IMG/VR virus record: IMGVR_UViG_3300045970_000732
Coordinates: 1-52,857 of that record
Length of the DNA: 52,857 nucleotides
DNA from: a virus
Taxonomy: Duplodnaviria; Caudoviricetes
Direction: 5' to 3' (one strand)
This document shows, piece by piece, positions 42,001 to 47,073 of this stretch; the stretch's first letter is position 1, and each line of letters opens with the position of its first letter. The notes beneath the pieces are model-generated. The model had not been told where the DNA came from. It did no database searches and saw nothing but the letters and a program-made list of their open reading frames with translations. A program made the translations under genes and the position numbers.

Positions 42001-43067
42001 GACTAGTTGATGGCACGACTTACTACGTCAGAGACTTCGTGCCAGAAAGCACATCGGGTACCAAGTTGGCATACTTCACAGTGTCGGCAACATACGCCGG
42101 CCCAATCTTCAGCTTAACTGATTCGGTGACGACTGACGCCGGCGCCATGACAGTGACCCAATGGGAGCAGACCAACGTAGATCGGCTATGGGTGACAATC
42201 GACGGCAAGCGCGTTCCATCGTCCAAGCTACGGCTGAACCCAGACAATAACCTGAGCATCCTGGCTCCGATGACAACCGCAAGCAACCTGATCATCACCA
42301 GTATGGTTCCGACTGCATCGCCAAATGAGAGCATCTACCTGAACAACGTCACCAAAGACGGAGTAGGTAGCATCCATCGCGTCAACACGCACAACAGAAC
42401 CTGGCTGACACAGCCGCTGCTGCTGGCTGATGAGACAATGGTCGTAGCTGATGTTGAGCGCCTACTGAACAAGACCGTGCGAAGCGTTCAGGCCCCGGCC
42501 GCTGGCCCACTGTTCACCTTCACCATCGGCCTTGACGTTGACAAGTACATCCTGTCTCAGGTGATCATATTTAACGCGACACGAAATGCGTTTATTGACC
42601 CATCGTTATACTCTGTATCAACGCATGACCTGTCTCCAATCGTCGTGATCACCTCGGTACCGGTACCATTAGTGATTGCAGGCACCCCGATACCAGGGCA
42701 ATACACCTATGTAGTGGCAGAAAATGACAACCTCATCGTGACAACGCTGGAAGGCAACACCGTGTATGTTGCCGGGGAGCAAATAAGGTTCCGCACAGTA
42801 GATATCAACACGAACACAATATCCAACCTACAACGCGGAGCCAATGGAACTGCCGCACACGTGGCGTTAGATACTGACACTGAGGTGTTCAGTATGTTGT
42901 CACAAAATATGCTGCTGCCATCGCTTTACAACGATGATACATGGTCAGGTCGGTCATACAAGGACATTATGGGTGTATCTGGGGTGTATTCTACAGCAAT
43001 ACCACAGCAGACCAGCACAACAGTGGGCGCCCAGTTCCTACTCACTGATATAATGAATGATAAATAA
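24036..43067 (+). CDS. Giant (6343 aa) multidomain virion structural protein (baseplate wedge/fibre; gp7 position)
   Basis: Uninterrupted 19-kb ORF after gp6. Thr/Gly/Val-rich beta repeats, FG-GAP-like and Asp-box repeats, and the EVKPYHV.I motif seen in wedge proteins. Confidence 0.8.
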   Translation: MAPRIRTLTFLPEIFKTETNTQFLQATLDQLTAQPNLERIEGYVGSKFGYGVDATKNYVLESTKPRTDYQLAPAVVFTKTNNSTAQDFISYPGIIDALKAEGGVTNDHSRLFGSQIYSWDSFADLDKITNFNQYYWLPEGPEAVTIASSIVYSQAAYEVTDEVTSYAITVDGQATPVNNPNITLMRGGSYTFKVSQGSPFWIQGSPGLTGYSATQTNLQTRDVVGVTNNGASTGEITFDVPSNTAQSEYTSLPNLTSNPSFTDFILDFVSTTPFADIDGKLVSEFVNGIDGVTSINEMNIMFYGTADHKLNFYTVQYDITSPGSYTDPVIRLIAGALIPENYRITAASGLEYSNRSFVKKPSADVTLIPYLSTILDTLYYQDGTSPSKVGIIKIIDSNSTHQLDITDIIGQKAYTSVNGVTFTNGLKVTFVGDVYPLEYKNTPFYVEGVGTAIELLPVTDFVAPELFTSASYIPFDTQAFDIGNFDSSLYIPLTPDYFTIARNASSKNAWSRSNRWFHVDVINATATHNNKPELATLYTTTANKAKRPIIEFYPNIRLFNSGVVGKNPVDFIDFRSTDAFADCAGKTRYHPDVASFTDSTAVIAAATTTTTTTINLSTSVITGSLVVGQSVADAANVLPSSAVISALTTVTSAGFTRITGATVTWSGDHTISTTTTSIVTTPDSANNYELFDGARIIFAADTNAGVRNKIYQARLSVTTPGQQFITLTETNDSVVNEDDQTFVYRGYQYAGKDVHYLGGYWSDAQQKSMINQAPLFDVFDDNGISFGDTSVYAGSSFKGTKLFAYGIGSGTDDSVLGFPLRYGSVNNIGDISFDISLNIDTFSHVVNSLPVTQKVNTGFVHHSHLGMGTIERHIGWQSAIARSEQYQIFDFPYYAALPKVMVCDVAAKSASVSKWPTVKVYMNNVLMNSTEYTLTIGTSTTTVTLLGTITTDTAILVAVLSDQVSAVAYYDIPTNFNSNPLNAEMQVANVGDIRRHYQSIFHNSPDMTGDLFGSNNYRDLPNQIPYGTSIIQNSASLVLPGIFLRKKNHNLFNALLFNSREYLTFKSLLTNTVANSDYTVSLTPSDMLDDAMIQITAAKSDTGSFFWSDMLPSKAAFISHSYFFANSMDTSVFPLSRIYDYTTANYHGVLVYLTRKIAGRVRTIQLVRDIDYTIETSLPNVTVTRDLAPGDKITVKEFNQTYGSYVPNTPTKMGMYPASVPGVVLDDTFMTPTYFIRGHDGSLTKLYGDYDSVNNLLVDFRDQVLLEFENRIYNNLKISAVLPISEMDVMPGFFRDTPFSYDEMIEVYSPAFLNWVGQNRIDYKSQVYSVTDEFTYNYYQTKTKAGNVTMTPGYWRGVYTYLYDTCNPHTAPWEMLGHRDMPSWWTAHYGAAPYTSDNLVMWTDLANGLDWNNGDPVTITSAIRPTLLSMLPVDSSGNLLSPAASMVGNSINASYNRAWKVGDMGPAEAAYRRSSSWPFDLMRIFALTQPAQFFNLGIDLDTYKYSAEFDQNLVNNRSHLVFGKIQVYGSGLPKTSYLNWIVDYEKQMGIDATTSVSESLRNIDVRLVYRLAGFSDKNMLKFYVEKGTPNNKNSSLLIPDDSFNVLLYDNQSFNQITYSGVVIQITTTGFKVYGNSQAYAYFKTLTPKINGNYDKVTIENISVQLANDYFSSEMLVPYGTEFASVQEVCQFLENYGRYLVQQGCKFDLIENGLEITWRQMVAEFVYWVQQGWEVGSLVNINPAATKLTIDKDSNIVQPLTLQQQNFVLNQDLYPIQASDLVVTRNSTLFSVSPLRQGDTISYGVFNVSAIEHGVVFDNVTVFDDVIYNLSTGLRQSRIILKGTKTAAWDGSVDAQGFILNQDNILDWDSNTKYTTGSIVKYKNKYWIATKIIQAALTFEDTSWKQTDYNTIQKGLLPNPSTRSYESILYYDANKANLENDADLLSFSLIGYRPREYLNIADLSDVTQLNVYRNLIKNKGTAIAANTFKGSTLSQDTIDYDIYENWAIKTSSFGGVMNSNFIDVRLNESLMTGKPSIIGLTNGSVIAGTEQAVPIQSLYNYGRVVTDVNVLPTLQGLSHTAILPDAGYVNFDDVKMSSYYYSGMSVAKDAAGTVIPLSQLYVRDYVWLANHLGTWQVYTPVSLGQITTAKNNLNGTATITFAKAHSLAKYQPFAIVGLSNVVDGYHTVATIIDGYRLTINLNLPSTITSVTGVAVGFAFQKQRVDTPANIGDLPLAEAEFIKNKVWVDEGIDGNWAVYRKSINYLHESSMTIDATGQSYGSAVAYTTRGGYLIGNSVAKTIQRYTFNPLDNTYGLTETITGTDGFGKIIAHADNRFVVASDATVTVYELEVSQLVNSLTPIQTIASAGVTSIALSGDTNWLYLANATGITLYHFNGTTYISSTVLSTLAGQAYGKSITTNYYGDMLVVGAPYKANGSFAQCGAVYVYSRFEQRHEVLYGYTSYDVLLAATQGTDATLVDVYVNGTEISTYTLAAGKVTITSSVTAGDIVRVSGNSLVLVQEFASLEAAHTGVQFGNCVTANQSGNEILVGAPFELVTQTSEGAVYRFTDGGADYGTIIGTTAANVLTQGTLLINGYAVTIPVGNATAAATAINFAKITNVQAVADSGILTIGLINLALAQATDKLTLTATTTALIQELGIQVYTPTQTITNIHSSGATQFGSLVKFNDADSIVISAPSSTRFSGTMFDFTDDEHDNDTVFDNNTTRFVDEFKNAGSMYMYDYLGVYNETLSKPGKFVYAQSVNDIGASYGLQPMYGYSVDFHDNRVVVGTPGQLNGTVTTYVNATGVRDWSIFRAPSAIVDINRIQDIQLYSAETNTTLDHLDFIDPLQGKILGAARENIDVVSNIDPAGYTTGVKGNMVWGNMNVGQTWFDTSTTLFVNYHQDDLVYNSKHWGTVFPGSDVAVYTWVSSSTPPASYQGPGTPYDVTKYSIDYVVSATGTLVPFYCFWARNTNVVYTKAGKTLSDSNVQSYIASPLNSGVSYFAPLLPSAFALYNSAENINHTDSILHVGYANGVSDDVSHSLHDLIRTGNKEDFLPGLPSESTNHVPESLYDRLLDSLCGVDTFGAVVPNPYLPKPVQYGILARPNQSMFIDRFGALKNYLMYANAVMLQYPIAETKQPSMLMASGPFYDTTKYWSYVDWWATGYSSATKAIVQVAQYADLSPLAAYPGLVAQVASNGDGKWETYIYDTAWTRIGLQSGTIEFSSLLWDYAAGGFGFSNNFFDTTPFSEFPSEETRQIVRSLTEEIYIEELAIHRNKSLILLFEYIQNETTGANNYLPWLNKTSFVDVSHTIRELKPSKVFQSDNNEFLEGYLNEVKPYHVVIKEFLFKYTNLDTFTGVMTDFDLPATFDATIEKFVSPALVNTLTGETNEYLATDPIWTTTPYSSWYAEHGLSLTGLPDQSLTTLSSYIALNSAAFSVDNAYGFPTSGIIKVDDEHIGYSVVDRNASTLSGLSRGANGTTVTTHVPGTAVIMDLPPVILLDGGREYVEPPKIIAYLDPSTHAAPLRPAVLQAVMNLDQILRIDVIDPGLGYDALPEILIDPAKTAVIPSSSTNTNIVSSNITMTVPWFVTGDMVRYETGAGTTAIGGLVSGQYYYVGVLETTPKLVLALYSRYADAVNNLRRVSLTTLGTGPEHLFHLTARAIAVATAEPIRENRMTLRFDRSTYKSHIQDWTSGGLYGSFFAGTMNNSVTISSSSISMESSQPSIDNVLSSGAGVTFEIVSSTSTNDLTWSSRTRILTATTSAGIVTIANAPGGPAGSPDVLRPWGPGDVGPMVGFYVGMPIKFNGGIFGGIVPETIYYVGTMLTATTFTLWTTPTGGIPTLTDTATGVAPCSLFVGELTNTAVVTIDYPGILQVTATTSTTNAITVPMTLSGQGGTKYFYVGLPVYFTGPTFGGIVENEQYHVTTIIDREHFTLSKTDGPLTLPIISTTDAGDLINLADLHTTYGLFVDDRVIFTDMRVNAPDMITGVQYTIRTLGNTDYTLYGAEINEVGLTFTATSAPATVTAGSFVIGTQYRIKAIGNTDFTLIGASANEIGLVFAATGVGTGTGTAYGTGTVNTKNLGGLIAGTTYYISKLETGGTSLTVSTAPGITPLALTTAVGTANMTSQQKTEPLTTSVGSMTLNVGLPVHPGQIDGQQFTFYSTSGQFAQPVWTLTKQISLNITGAVANSVPGGNYLSISNPPYEFAEMYVKMPAKTPISMPATYSGVLAANTTYYVNEIGSTHAFILSTNSSDVHTNSAISSIVSGSDRLVTVTCATHTFVSGDFVTISGVTGETRYNGSFTIIVLDANTFTYTVVGMGAPAAVINKGSAARHWIVLDDATGFYPNMSVTLTGAIISPSYFNGTTWVQSIAVNTVYYIKTVDHTNNRITLGVLPDAGIAIPVADAVSPNATSLQISGTPWIRISDTVGGAVKVLSASTAAYNDITLLQTPDTPAPIFDVSYKLGGYRAVIREAGNGWAIGNQVTILGSALGGTSPANDMVITINEVSALGEILSLIITGDPADITAKYYLKVISMTECEVYSDPLLSIPVNKTAFEVFHGIKSTTITATTVTTNVLTAVSVADFSINDSVVFTGTTFGGIESGRTYYIKATSPLTLSNIVGGTTVTLSSATGTMTMAKAGDFVLLPEPFYFQQSLVKYNHKVYQCIISNNDAEFIFGKWELLDSGNRRLNALDRINGYYEPTVNMPGNDITQLLDGVEYPNSIYKGNAFKPEDQFDLDVLLSDKPFYPTEVTTTSVLWNGTTYIATANTPTYSAIINSTDAVLWNQDIKSGQPLGMTDIVFSGDLYVATTTNLAMPILTSVDGLNWSATGVYTPWGATQPFTPVSLSASGARMYSVTWHDGLFVAVGDVIMTSTDGIHWNETYKFWDNGLENVLLSVQHTTITTTVTIDQFIAVGYGAGTGAIIGQRIGIMLTSLDGQTWLPSPMASTTGLAGIAASGTTNVVVGNDNAIYWYEPGSNWTLVAGLTGDFTDVIYTGSLFVAIGDSGVIYTSSNGKAWTVRTSVVTTKLNGIAYNSVSSEYVIVGEGNTILKSADAITWTNSSLFALDESTYTVQGDPFTTGFGPEELVPGVIQDQLALWVTTRPGTNWPVTLHGHTGYNVVSIESVSPMANTLVHSFDGVTSTPASVAVSVFDSTGLTTTLHTTADYTVDWLMKTITVVPAYAGATLRIDVYEVGNGDQLVKSNSHCDPIHFNPTTGFHQITLNCQFSETIFNGSGIIQPGTATVNIDVLSTSSVDNTIQMATTGFDSLQLNMPITFVRGTSASTAIGGLTLNTRYFIKHISASTYKITVSASQTARGAAGPVVTLTNGTVTLPNQVLLNLAGGVNWTWSPPMVLHNGTPMTPGYKCTVMSTSASYTRPTTEVETNIVMCDTTTGFNPGDRIHFGEAISNITAGPTYYVREVIDLNRFTISASYGGAAVALADVTKKVVAVTNDFAFGRDTNQISAVMLLAEPHDANVDYISYSIFGETQTYASNRITRTSTFTATGGSQTFQLLNTVPNPLVTVNGTTLLSSQYVVNHAARTVTLTASAGQTVVVLSQPEDRIQYNYSMPVTQTFTGTGAVKTFVVDGWLGSDLMTNTIGVDNPANAIVEINGLRQMPSVYRFDLTTNSIVFTSAPALNATITVTTFNETDRQYLHTAYLTGATGRTVAPISNLGGTLPIVATSGITSITSSVITVASTTGFVSGQYAIFSAGYGGIVSGVVYQINTVGTGTFTINNIMSGTPITLSNSTNTGWTVSVYTKVTTRVVTSAAHTLVSWDKVRIDGVAGATELNNSVYFARLISSTQLDLFAGVYDQYGILAGFAPVQASAYGGGGFIWKDKLHTLTTTTATVTELNGNKITAGDTLELATNTPVIFTNMTKKSGYLTVGKQYTIKTLGDTNFMLLGAKTNAAGVVFTATGTGIITAGSFVATQSYTIVSLGTTNFTSIGATGNDVGRVFTASGAGTGTGTAYETNAGTVEAQDFGGLVDGTTYYVRDFVPESTSGTKLAYFTVSATYAGPIFSLTDSVTTDAGAMTVTQWEQTNVDRLWVTIDGKRVPSSKLRLNPDNNLSILAPMTTASNLIITSMVPTASPNESIYLNNVTKDGVGSIHRVNTHNRTWLTQPLLLADETMVVADVERLLNKTVRSVQAPAAGPLFTFTIGLDVDKYILSQVIIFNATRNAFIDPSLYSVSTHDLSPIVVITSVPVPLVIAGTPIPGQYTYVVAENDNLIVTTLEGNTVYVAGEQIRFRTVDINTNTISNLQRGANGTAAHVALDTDTEVFSMLSQNMLLPSLYNDDTWSGRSYKDIMGVSGVYSTAIPQQTSTTVGAQFLLTDIMNDK

Positions 43068-43070
43068 ATG

Positions 43071-43199
43071 ATGAGCGAACCAACAAAACCAGTTGAACCG
43101 AAACCAAATGAAAATGTTGGTTTCTACTTCTCCACGCATGTGAAGATTACCGACCCAAATACCAAAGAAGTGCTATTACAGACCCGAGGTGACGAATGA
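43071..43199 (+). CDS. Small hypothetical late protein (42-43 aa)
   Basis: Not in the ORF track. (M)MSEPTKPVEPKPNENVGFYFSTHVKITDPNTKEVLLQTRGDE fills the gap exactly; GATAAATA at 43059-43066; ATGA overlap with the next gene. Confidence 0.7.
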   Translation: MSEPTKPVEPKPNENVGFYFSTHVKITDPNTKEVLLQTRGDE

Positions 43200-43867
43200 C
43201 AGTAATCTACGAAACAATCAATCTGGTTAACCAGGCCACCGGGGTTTGTCCATGGAGATATATTGGCAGCGACCAAAATAATAATCCTGAGTATCTTGGT
43301 TCCAGTGAAACCTTACAGAGAGATATTGCGGCTTTAGGCCGTGCTAGTTTTGTCAAGCGAATATTGGAAGAGTGCGGTGATATAAGTAACCGCGACCTAC
43401 GTATGATAGAGACCGAGAAATATCTAAAACCACTCCGGGTGCGCACCGACGAAACGTTTTATAATAAGGTGGAAACATATAGTCCGGGGTGCGGGCAGAA
43501 AGGTATGAAGCATTCTAAAAAGTTCCCCAGAACTCAAGTCTGGAAAGACAGTAGGAAAGGTCACATAGTTACTACGGAGTCGCGGAAATTGATGGCCACC
43601 AAGAAGATTGGAACCCACGCGAGTAAGGCTACTACAGAAAAAATGTCAACTCAACGTGCAGGTTCTAAAAACGCAAACGCATTGGCTTGGACAGTAGTGA
43701 CCCCGTTTGGAGCAACAATACACGTAACGGCATTGCGTACTTGGGCAAAAAACAATGGACATAATTTCTATGATATCTATCATTGTAGAAATGGATGGGC
43801 AATAACGAGACACGGCGCCGGCAAGGGTGGCGGTAGAAAGAACAAGGAACAAGTAAATGGAAAATAA
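43196..43867 (+). CDS. Free-standing GIY-YIG homing endonuclease with NUMOD3-like repeats
   Basis: VIYETIN..RYIGSD..YLGS..E..YN catalytic domain; KGMKHS and KGHIVTTESRKLM repeats; overlaps both neighbours. Confidence 0.85.
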   Translation: MTVIYETINLVNQATGVCPWRYIGSDQNNNPEYLGSSETLQRDIAALGRASFVKRILEECGDISNRDLRMIETEKYLKPLRVRTDETFYNKVETYSPGCGQKGMKHSKKFPRTQVWKDSRKGHIVTTESRKLMATKKIGTHASKATTEKMSTQRAGSKNANALAWTVVTPFGATIHVTALRTWAKNNGHNFYDIYHCRNGWAITRHGAGKGGGRKNKEQVNGK

Positions 43868-44477
43868 CACAATGTCAATAAAGGGCCATATCACTATAAC
43901 GGATGTCACTGACGGTGTACATGTCGTGTTGGTGGATAAGGATAATAGTATAAATTACGAAAACTTCTCTGAGGCTCTTGCTGACACAATCAGTGGACGA
44001 GGCTTCGGTGAAATCTACCAAATGGCATTCGGCAACGGCGGAGCAACAGTGGATGAAATCGGGTCAATCGCTTACTTACCACCAAACACCACCGGACAGA
44101 ACGCGGCCCTCTATAACCGCACCTACACCAAGATCGTCAATGATACGAGCGTGTTCAACCTTGACCCTACACGCAACAAGATGACAGTATCGCACACCAC
44201 TGGAAAATACTATACTGACATCCTCGTTCAATGCTTGCTAGACTACGGCGAACCTGCAGGACAGGCGGCGTTTGATAACAGCACCCAAACTGATGCCAAT
44301 TACGTGTTTGACGAGCTTGGTCTTTTGGCTAACTACGGCACTGATAACGACGGCAACGTCATCACCCGGTTACTAACGCATGTGATCTTCCACCCGGTTC
44401 AGAAAAGTCTGAACAGACAGATTCAAGTCGATTACACCGTTCGGATTCAATCCCTCACCAACACTGTAACGATATAA
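43857..44477 (+). CDS. Virion structural protein (baseplate/fibre attachment region)
   Basis: MAFGNGG, CLLDYGEP, FDELGL, THVIFHPVQKSLNR; located in the tail operon. Confidence 0.6.
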   Translation: MENNTMSIKGHITITDVTDGVHVVLVDKDNSINYENFSEALADTISGRGFGEIYQMAFGNGGATVDEIGSIAYLPPNTTGQNAALYNRTYTKIVNDTSVFNLDPTRNKMTVSHTTGKYYTDILVQCLLDYGEPAGQAAFDNSTQTDANYVFDELGLLANYGTDNDGNVITRLLTHVIFHPVQKSLNRQIQVDYTVRIQSLTNTVTI

Positions 44478-44488
44478 CGGAGAAATAA

Positions 44489-45694
44489 ATGGCATATACA
44501 ATCATCAAAAGTGACTCGTCAATACTGGCAACAATCGCCGACGGCACAATAAACACATCGCGCACTCCGTTAGGACTTCCCGGCCGAAATTTCGCCGGCT
44601 GGGGTGAGAGTTACGTTACGAACGTGGTTCGTCAATTGGAGAACTTCGCTTCGGTTACACCACCGACTAATCCACTGCGCGGTCAGCTATGGTACAACAC
44701 CAATGCCAGCACCCTGTACATATGTCCAACAGACGGGGAAACAAATGCTGCGAACTGGCTTGCCCTGACTACTTCATCAAGCGGTTCCACATCAACATTC
44801 GGAAACGTGACTGTCACTGGTACGATATTGGCAACAACTGCTAATGTCACCGGAACATTTACAGGAAACACTATTTCTGTGGTAAACGCAACGGTATCTG
44901 GTACGGCAAACATTGCCACAGCCAATATCGCCAACGCCACGGTTACAGGCCCACTGACAGCGAACAGCATCACAAGCGGCAGCACATCAACCGCAGGTGC
45001 TCTTACTGGTCTATGGACAGTAACAGGAACCGGCGGAAACGTAGTCACCGTGTCTGGTGGTAATCTCGTAGCGACTACTGGTATCAAGTCAGACCATTAC
45101 TACTATTCCAACGGCGTATCAATCATCAACACCTCGTCATACACTGACGGGAACGTAGCAACGTATCTCAATGGAGCATACACCGGAAACCTCGGAAGCG
45201 TGACACCGTTGTCAAACGTAGCCACTGCCAAACTCACTGCGGTCAGTGGTGGTTCGACAATCAACGGAGTATGGACTTTGGCATCGGGCGCCAGACTGAA
45301 CGCATCTTACGCCGACTTAGCAGAACGCTTTGAGGCAGACGCACCCTATGACGCAGGAACGGTCGTTGAAATCGGCGGCACCAAGGAAGTCACGGCGGTT
45401 GTTGATGACCTCAGCGATAAAATATTCGGCGTAGTCAGTGACACCGCAGCTTACTTGATGAACTCGTCGGCAGGCACTGATGCCACTCACCCACAAATTG
45501 CTCAGATAGGCCGTGTCAACGTCAAGGTTGTGGGTCCAATCACTAAGGGTGATCGTCTTGTGTCCGCTGGTAATGGAGTGGCCCGTGCAGCAGCGCCAGG
45601 CGAAGCAACCGCGCTGAACGTCATCGGCAGAGCATTGGCTGATAAGACCGATCCAGCACTGGCGATGGTTATGTCAACAGTCACTACACGATAG
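44489..45694 (+). CDS. Tail fibre-like protein with C-terminal intramolecular chaperone / autocleavage-type domain
   Basis: N-terminal LENFA..P.NP..GQLWY, beta-repeat shaft, C-terminal YADLAERFEAD..YDAGTVV..GRV.VKV.G...KGD.LV. Confidence 0.7.
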   Translation: MAYTIIKSDSSILATIADGTINTSRTPLGLPGRNFAGWGESYVTNVVRQLENFASVTPPTNPLRGQLWYNTNASTLYICPTDGETNAANWLALTTSSSGSTSTFGNVTVTGTILATTANVTGTFTGNTISVVNATVSGTANIATANIANATVTGPLTANSITSGSTSTAGALTGLWTVTGTGGNVVTVSGGNLVATTGIKSDHYYYSNGVSIINTSSYTDGNVATYLNGAYTGNLGSVTPLSNVATAKLTAVSGGSTINGVWTLASGARLNASYADLAERFEADAPYDAGTVVEIGGTKEVTAVVDDLSDKIFGVVSDTAAYLMNSSAGTDATHPQIAQIGRVNVKVVGPITKGDRLVSAGNGVARAAAPGEATALNVIGRALADKTDPALAMVMSTVTTR

Positions 45695-45700
45695 GATTAT

Positions 45701-46732
45701 ATGGCTTACTCACAATACGGACTTGTAGCGGCAACTGATTACAACTACCTGATCAGTGCTTATCTTATTCCGATAGGACCAGACTGGGTTGTCAGTCCTA
45801 ACCCATTCAATAGTATCTGGGCCGCAGGAAATCAAAACAAGGGATACGGTCAAGGAGTATCCCTGACCAATGTTGCCGCTGGTTCTACCGTGTCAGCGGC
45901 ATCCTGGGCTGACCTGGTCAATAAAGTAGCCATCATGGCCGAGCACCAAGGCACCGCAATCACAGCCATCACCTCCCCGGCCACTACGAACCCAGTAACA
46001 TATCTACCGGCGCTCACAGACAACCTGGCCCTTGTGTATGCGAACCGAATGAACGTGGCAGCACAGGGCTCATCTGTGCCGAACACTGCGAGTAGCAACT
46101 TGACCTGGTCAGACTACCTCACATTCACGCACACGGTGACCTTCAATCCGGTAATCACCGGTTGGGGCACGATATCCGGAGCTGACGCAGCCCGTTACTT
46201 TTTCAACTCAGGTGGCCAACTAGCCCTGACATTCTCCCATGCAACCGCAACAGCAGGTATCAATCTACTTCTGAACAACCTGGCAATCGCTGCCGGAACC
46301 ATCGTCCTATCTTCCCCGACTTCGGGGACGATGAGCATCGCCGGCACGCCATTTACCGGTGTCACCAAGGTCGGAGGCTCCGGCACAGCAACAGTGAATA
46401 CCAACGCCGGCTACTACGCCCTCAACAACAGCGAGACTACCCTGTTCAACCAATACGCATCTACTGGTCCTGCAGGTTACCTGGGAACACGGCTGGTCAT
46501 AACAGCCCGGACTAATGGCACCCAGGGCCTTAACGGTGACACGGGAAGCGTGATCACAATCACATCAACCTTTGACGAGATGCCAGGTGGACTAATCCCT
46601 GCCACTGGAACCACAACCACACTCAGTATCCGACCACCAGCAACCATCACCGGCTTCACCAATGTTTGGGGAACCCCAACAGTATCGTCAGTCATCGCCG
46701 GCGCGCAAGGTGGCGAAGTCATCGCCCCATAA
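45701..46732 (+). CDS. Virion structural / fibre-associated protein
   Basis: MAY..G...A.DYN, GYGQ, ARYFFNSGG motifs; Thr/Gly-rich; AGGA RBS. Confidence 0.6.
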   Translation: MAYSQYGLVAATDYNYLISAYLIPIGPDWVVSPNPFNSIWAAGNQNKGYGQGVSLTNVAAGSTVSAASWADLVNKVAIMAEHQGTAITAITSPATTNPVTYLPALTDNLALVYANRMNVAAQGSSVPNTASSNLTWSDYLTFTHTVTFNPVITGWGTISGADAARYFFNSGGQLALTFSHATATAGINLLLNNLAIAAGTIVLSSPTSGTMSIAGTPFTGVTKVGGSGTATVNTNAGYYALNNSETTLFNQYASTGPAGYLGTRLVITARTNGTQGLNGDTGSVITITSTFDEMPGGLIPATGTTTTLSIRPPATITGFTNVWGTPTVSSVIAGAQGGEVIAP

Positions 46733-46755
46733 ATATTCCGGGCAAGACCTGACGC

Positions 46756-46763
46756 TCTAAATA
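46756..46763 (+). promoter_or_regulatory. Late promoter variant TCTAAATA heading the glyco cluster
   Basis: TAAATA core 4 nt upstream of ATG 46768; a second core (CATAAATA) lies at 46728-46735. Confidence 0.55.
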
Positions 46764-46767
46764 CGAG

Positions 46768-47073
46768 ATGGACACAAACCTTCTCGTTACCAAAGCCAAA
46801 TCCCGTTTCAACCACAACGCTGCCAAGGCGTATCTCAAGGACAAATACGATGCCCGTCTCCTTGTAGCCGATCAAGGTGGGCTGTGGCGTGCTGATCAGG
46901 CGACCATCTCCTTTCTGTCAACTTGTCCGATGAAGCCGATGATCATGTTGGACACATTCGGAAATCCGGTTCAGGTGTTCGGTCCGGCCCTGCTCAAGAT
47001 CCTATTCCAAACCTATCAGACCGTCATGACGGAGTGGCACCAAGAATGGACAGACCTCGAAGGTGAAAGATGA
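46768..47073 (+). CDS. Hypothetical protein
   Basis: 101-aa ORF, ATGA-coupled to the next gene. Confidence 0.65.
   Translation: MDTNLLVTKAKSRFNHNAAKAYLKDKYDARLLVADQGGLWRADQATISFLSTCPMKPMIMLDTFGNPVQVFGPALLKILFQTYQTVMTEWHQEWTDLEGER

Noticed and set aside
24126-42334. Short alternative-frame and antisense ORFs within the giant gene
   Set aside because: Expected shadows of a Thr/Gly/Val-rich ORF; no RBS or domain evidence.
43062-43073. Stop-codon readthrough at in-frame TAA-ATG junctions (43065-43070 and 19489-19494)
   Set aside because: TAA is rarely read through; an adjacent ATG and, at 43059, a late promoter explain them as ordinary reinitiation.
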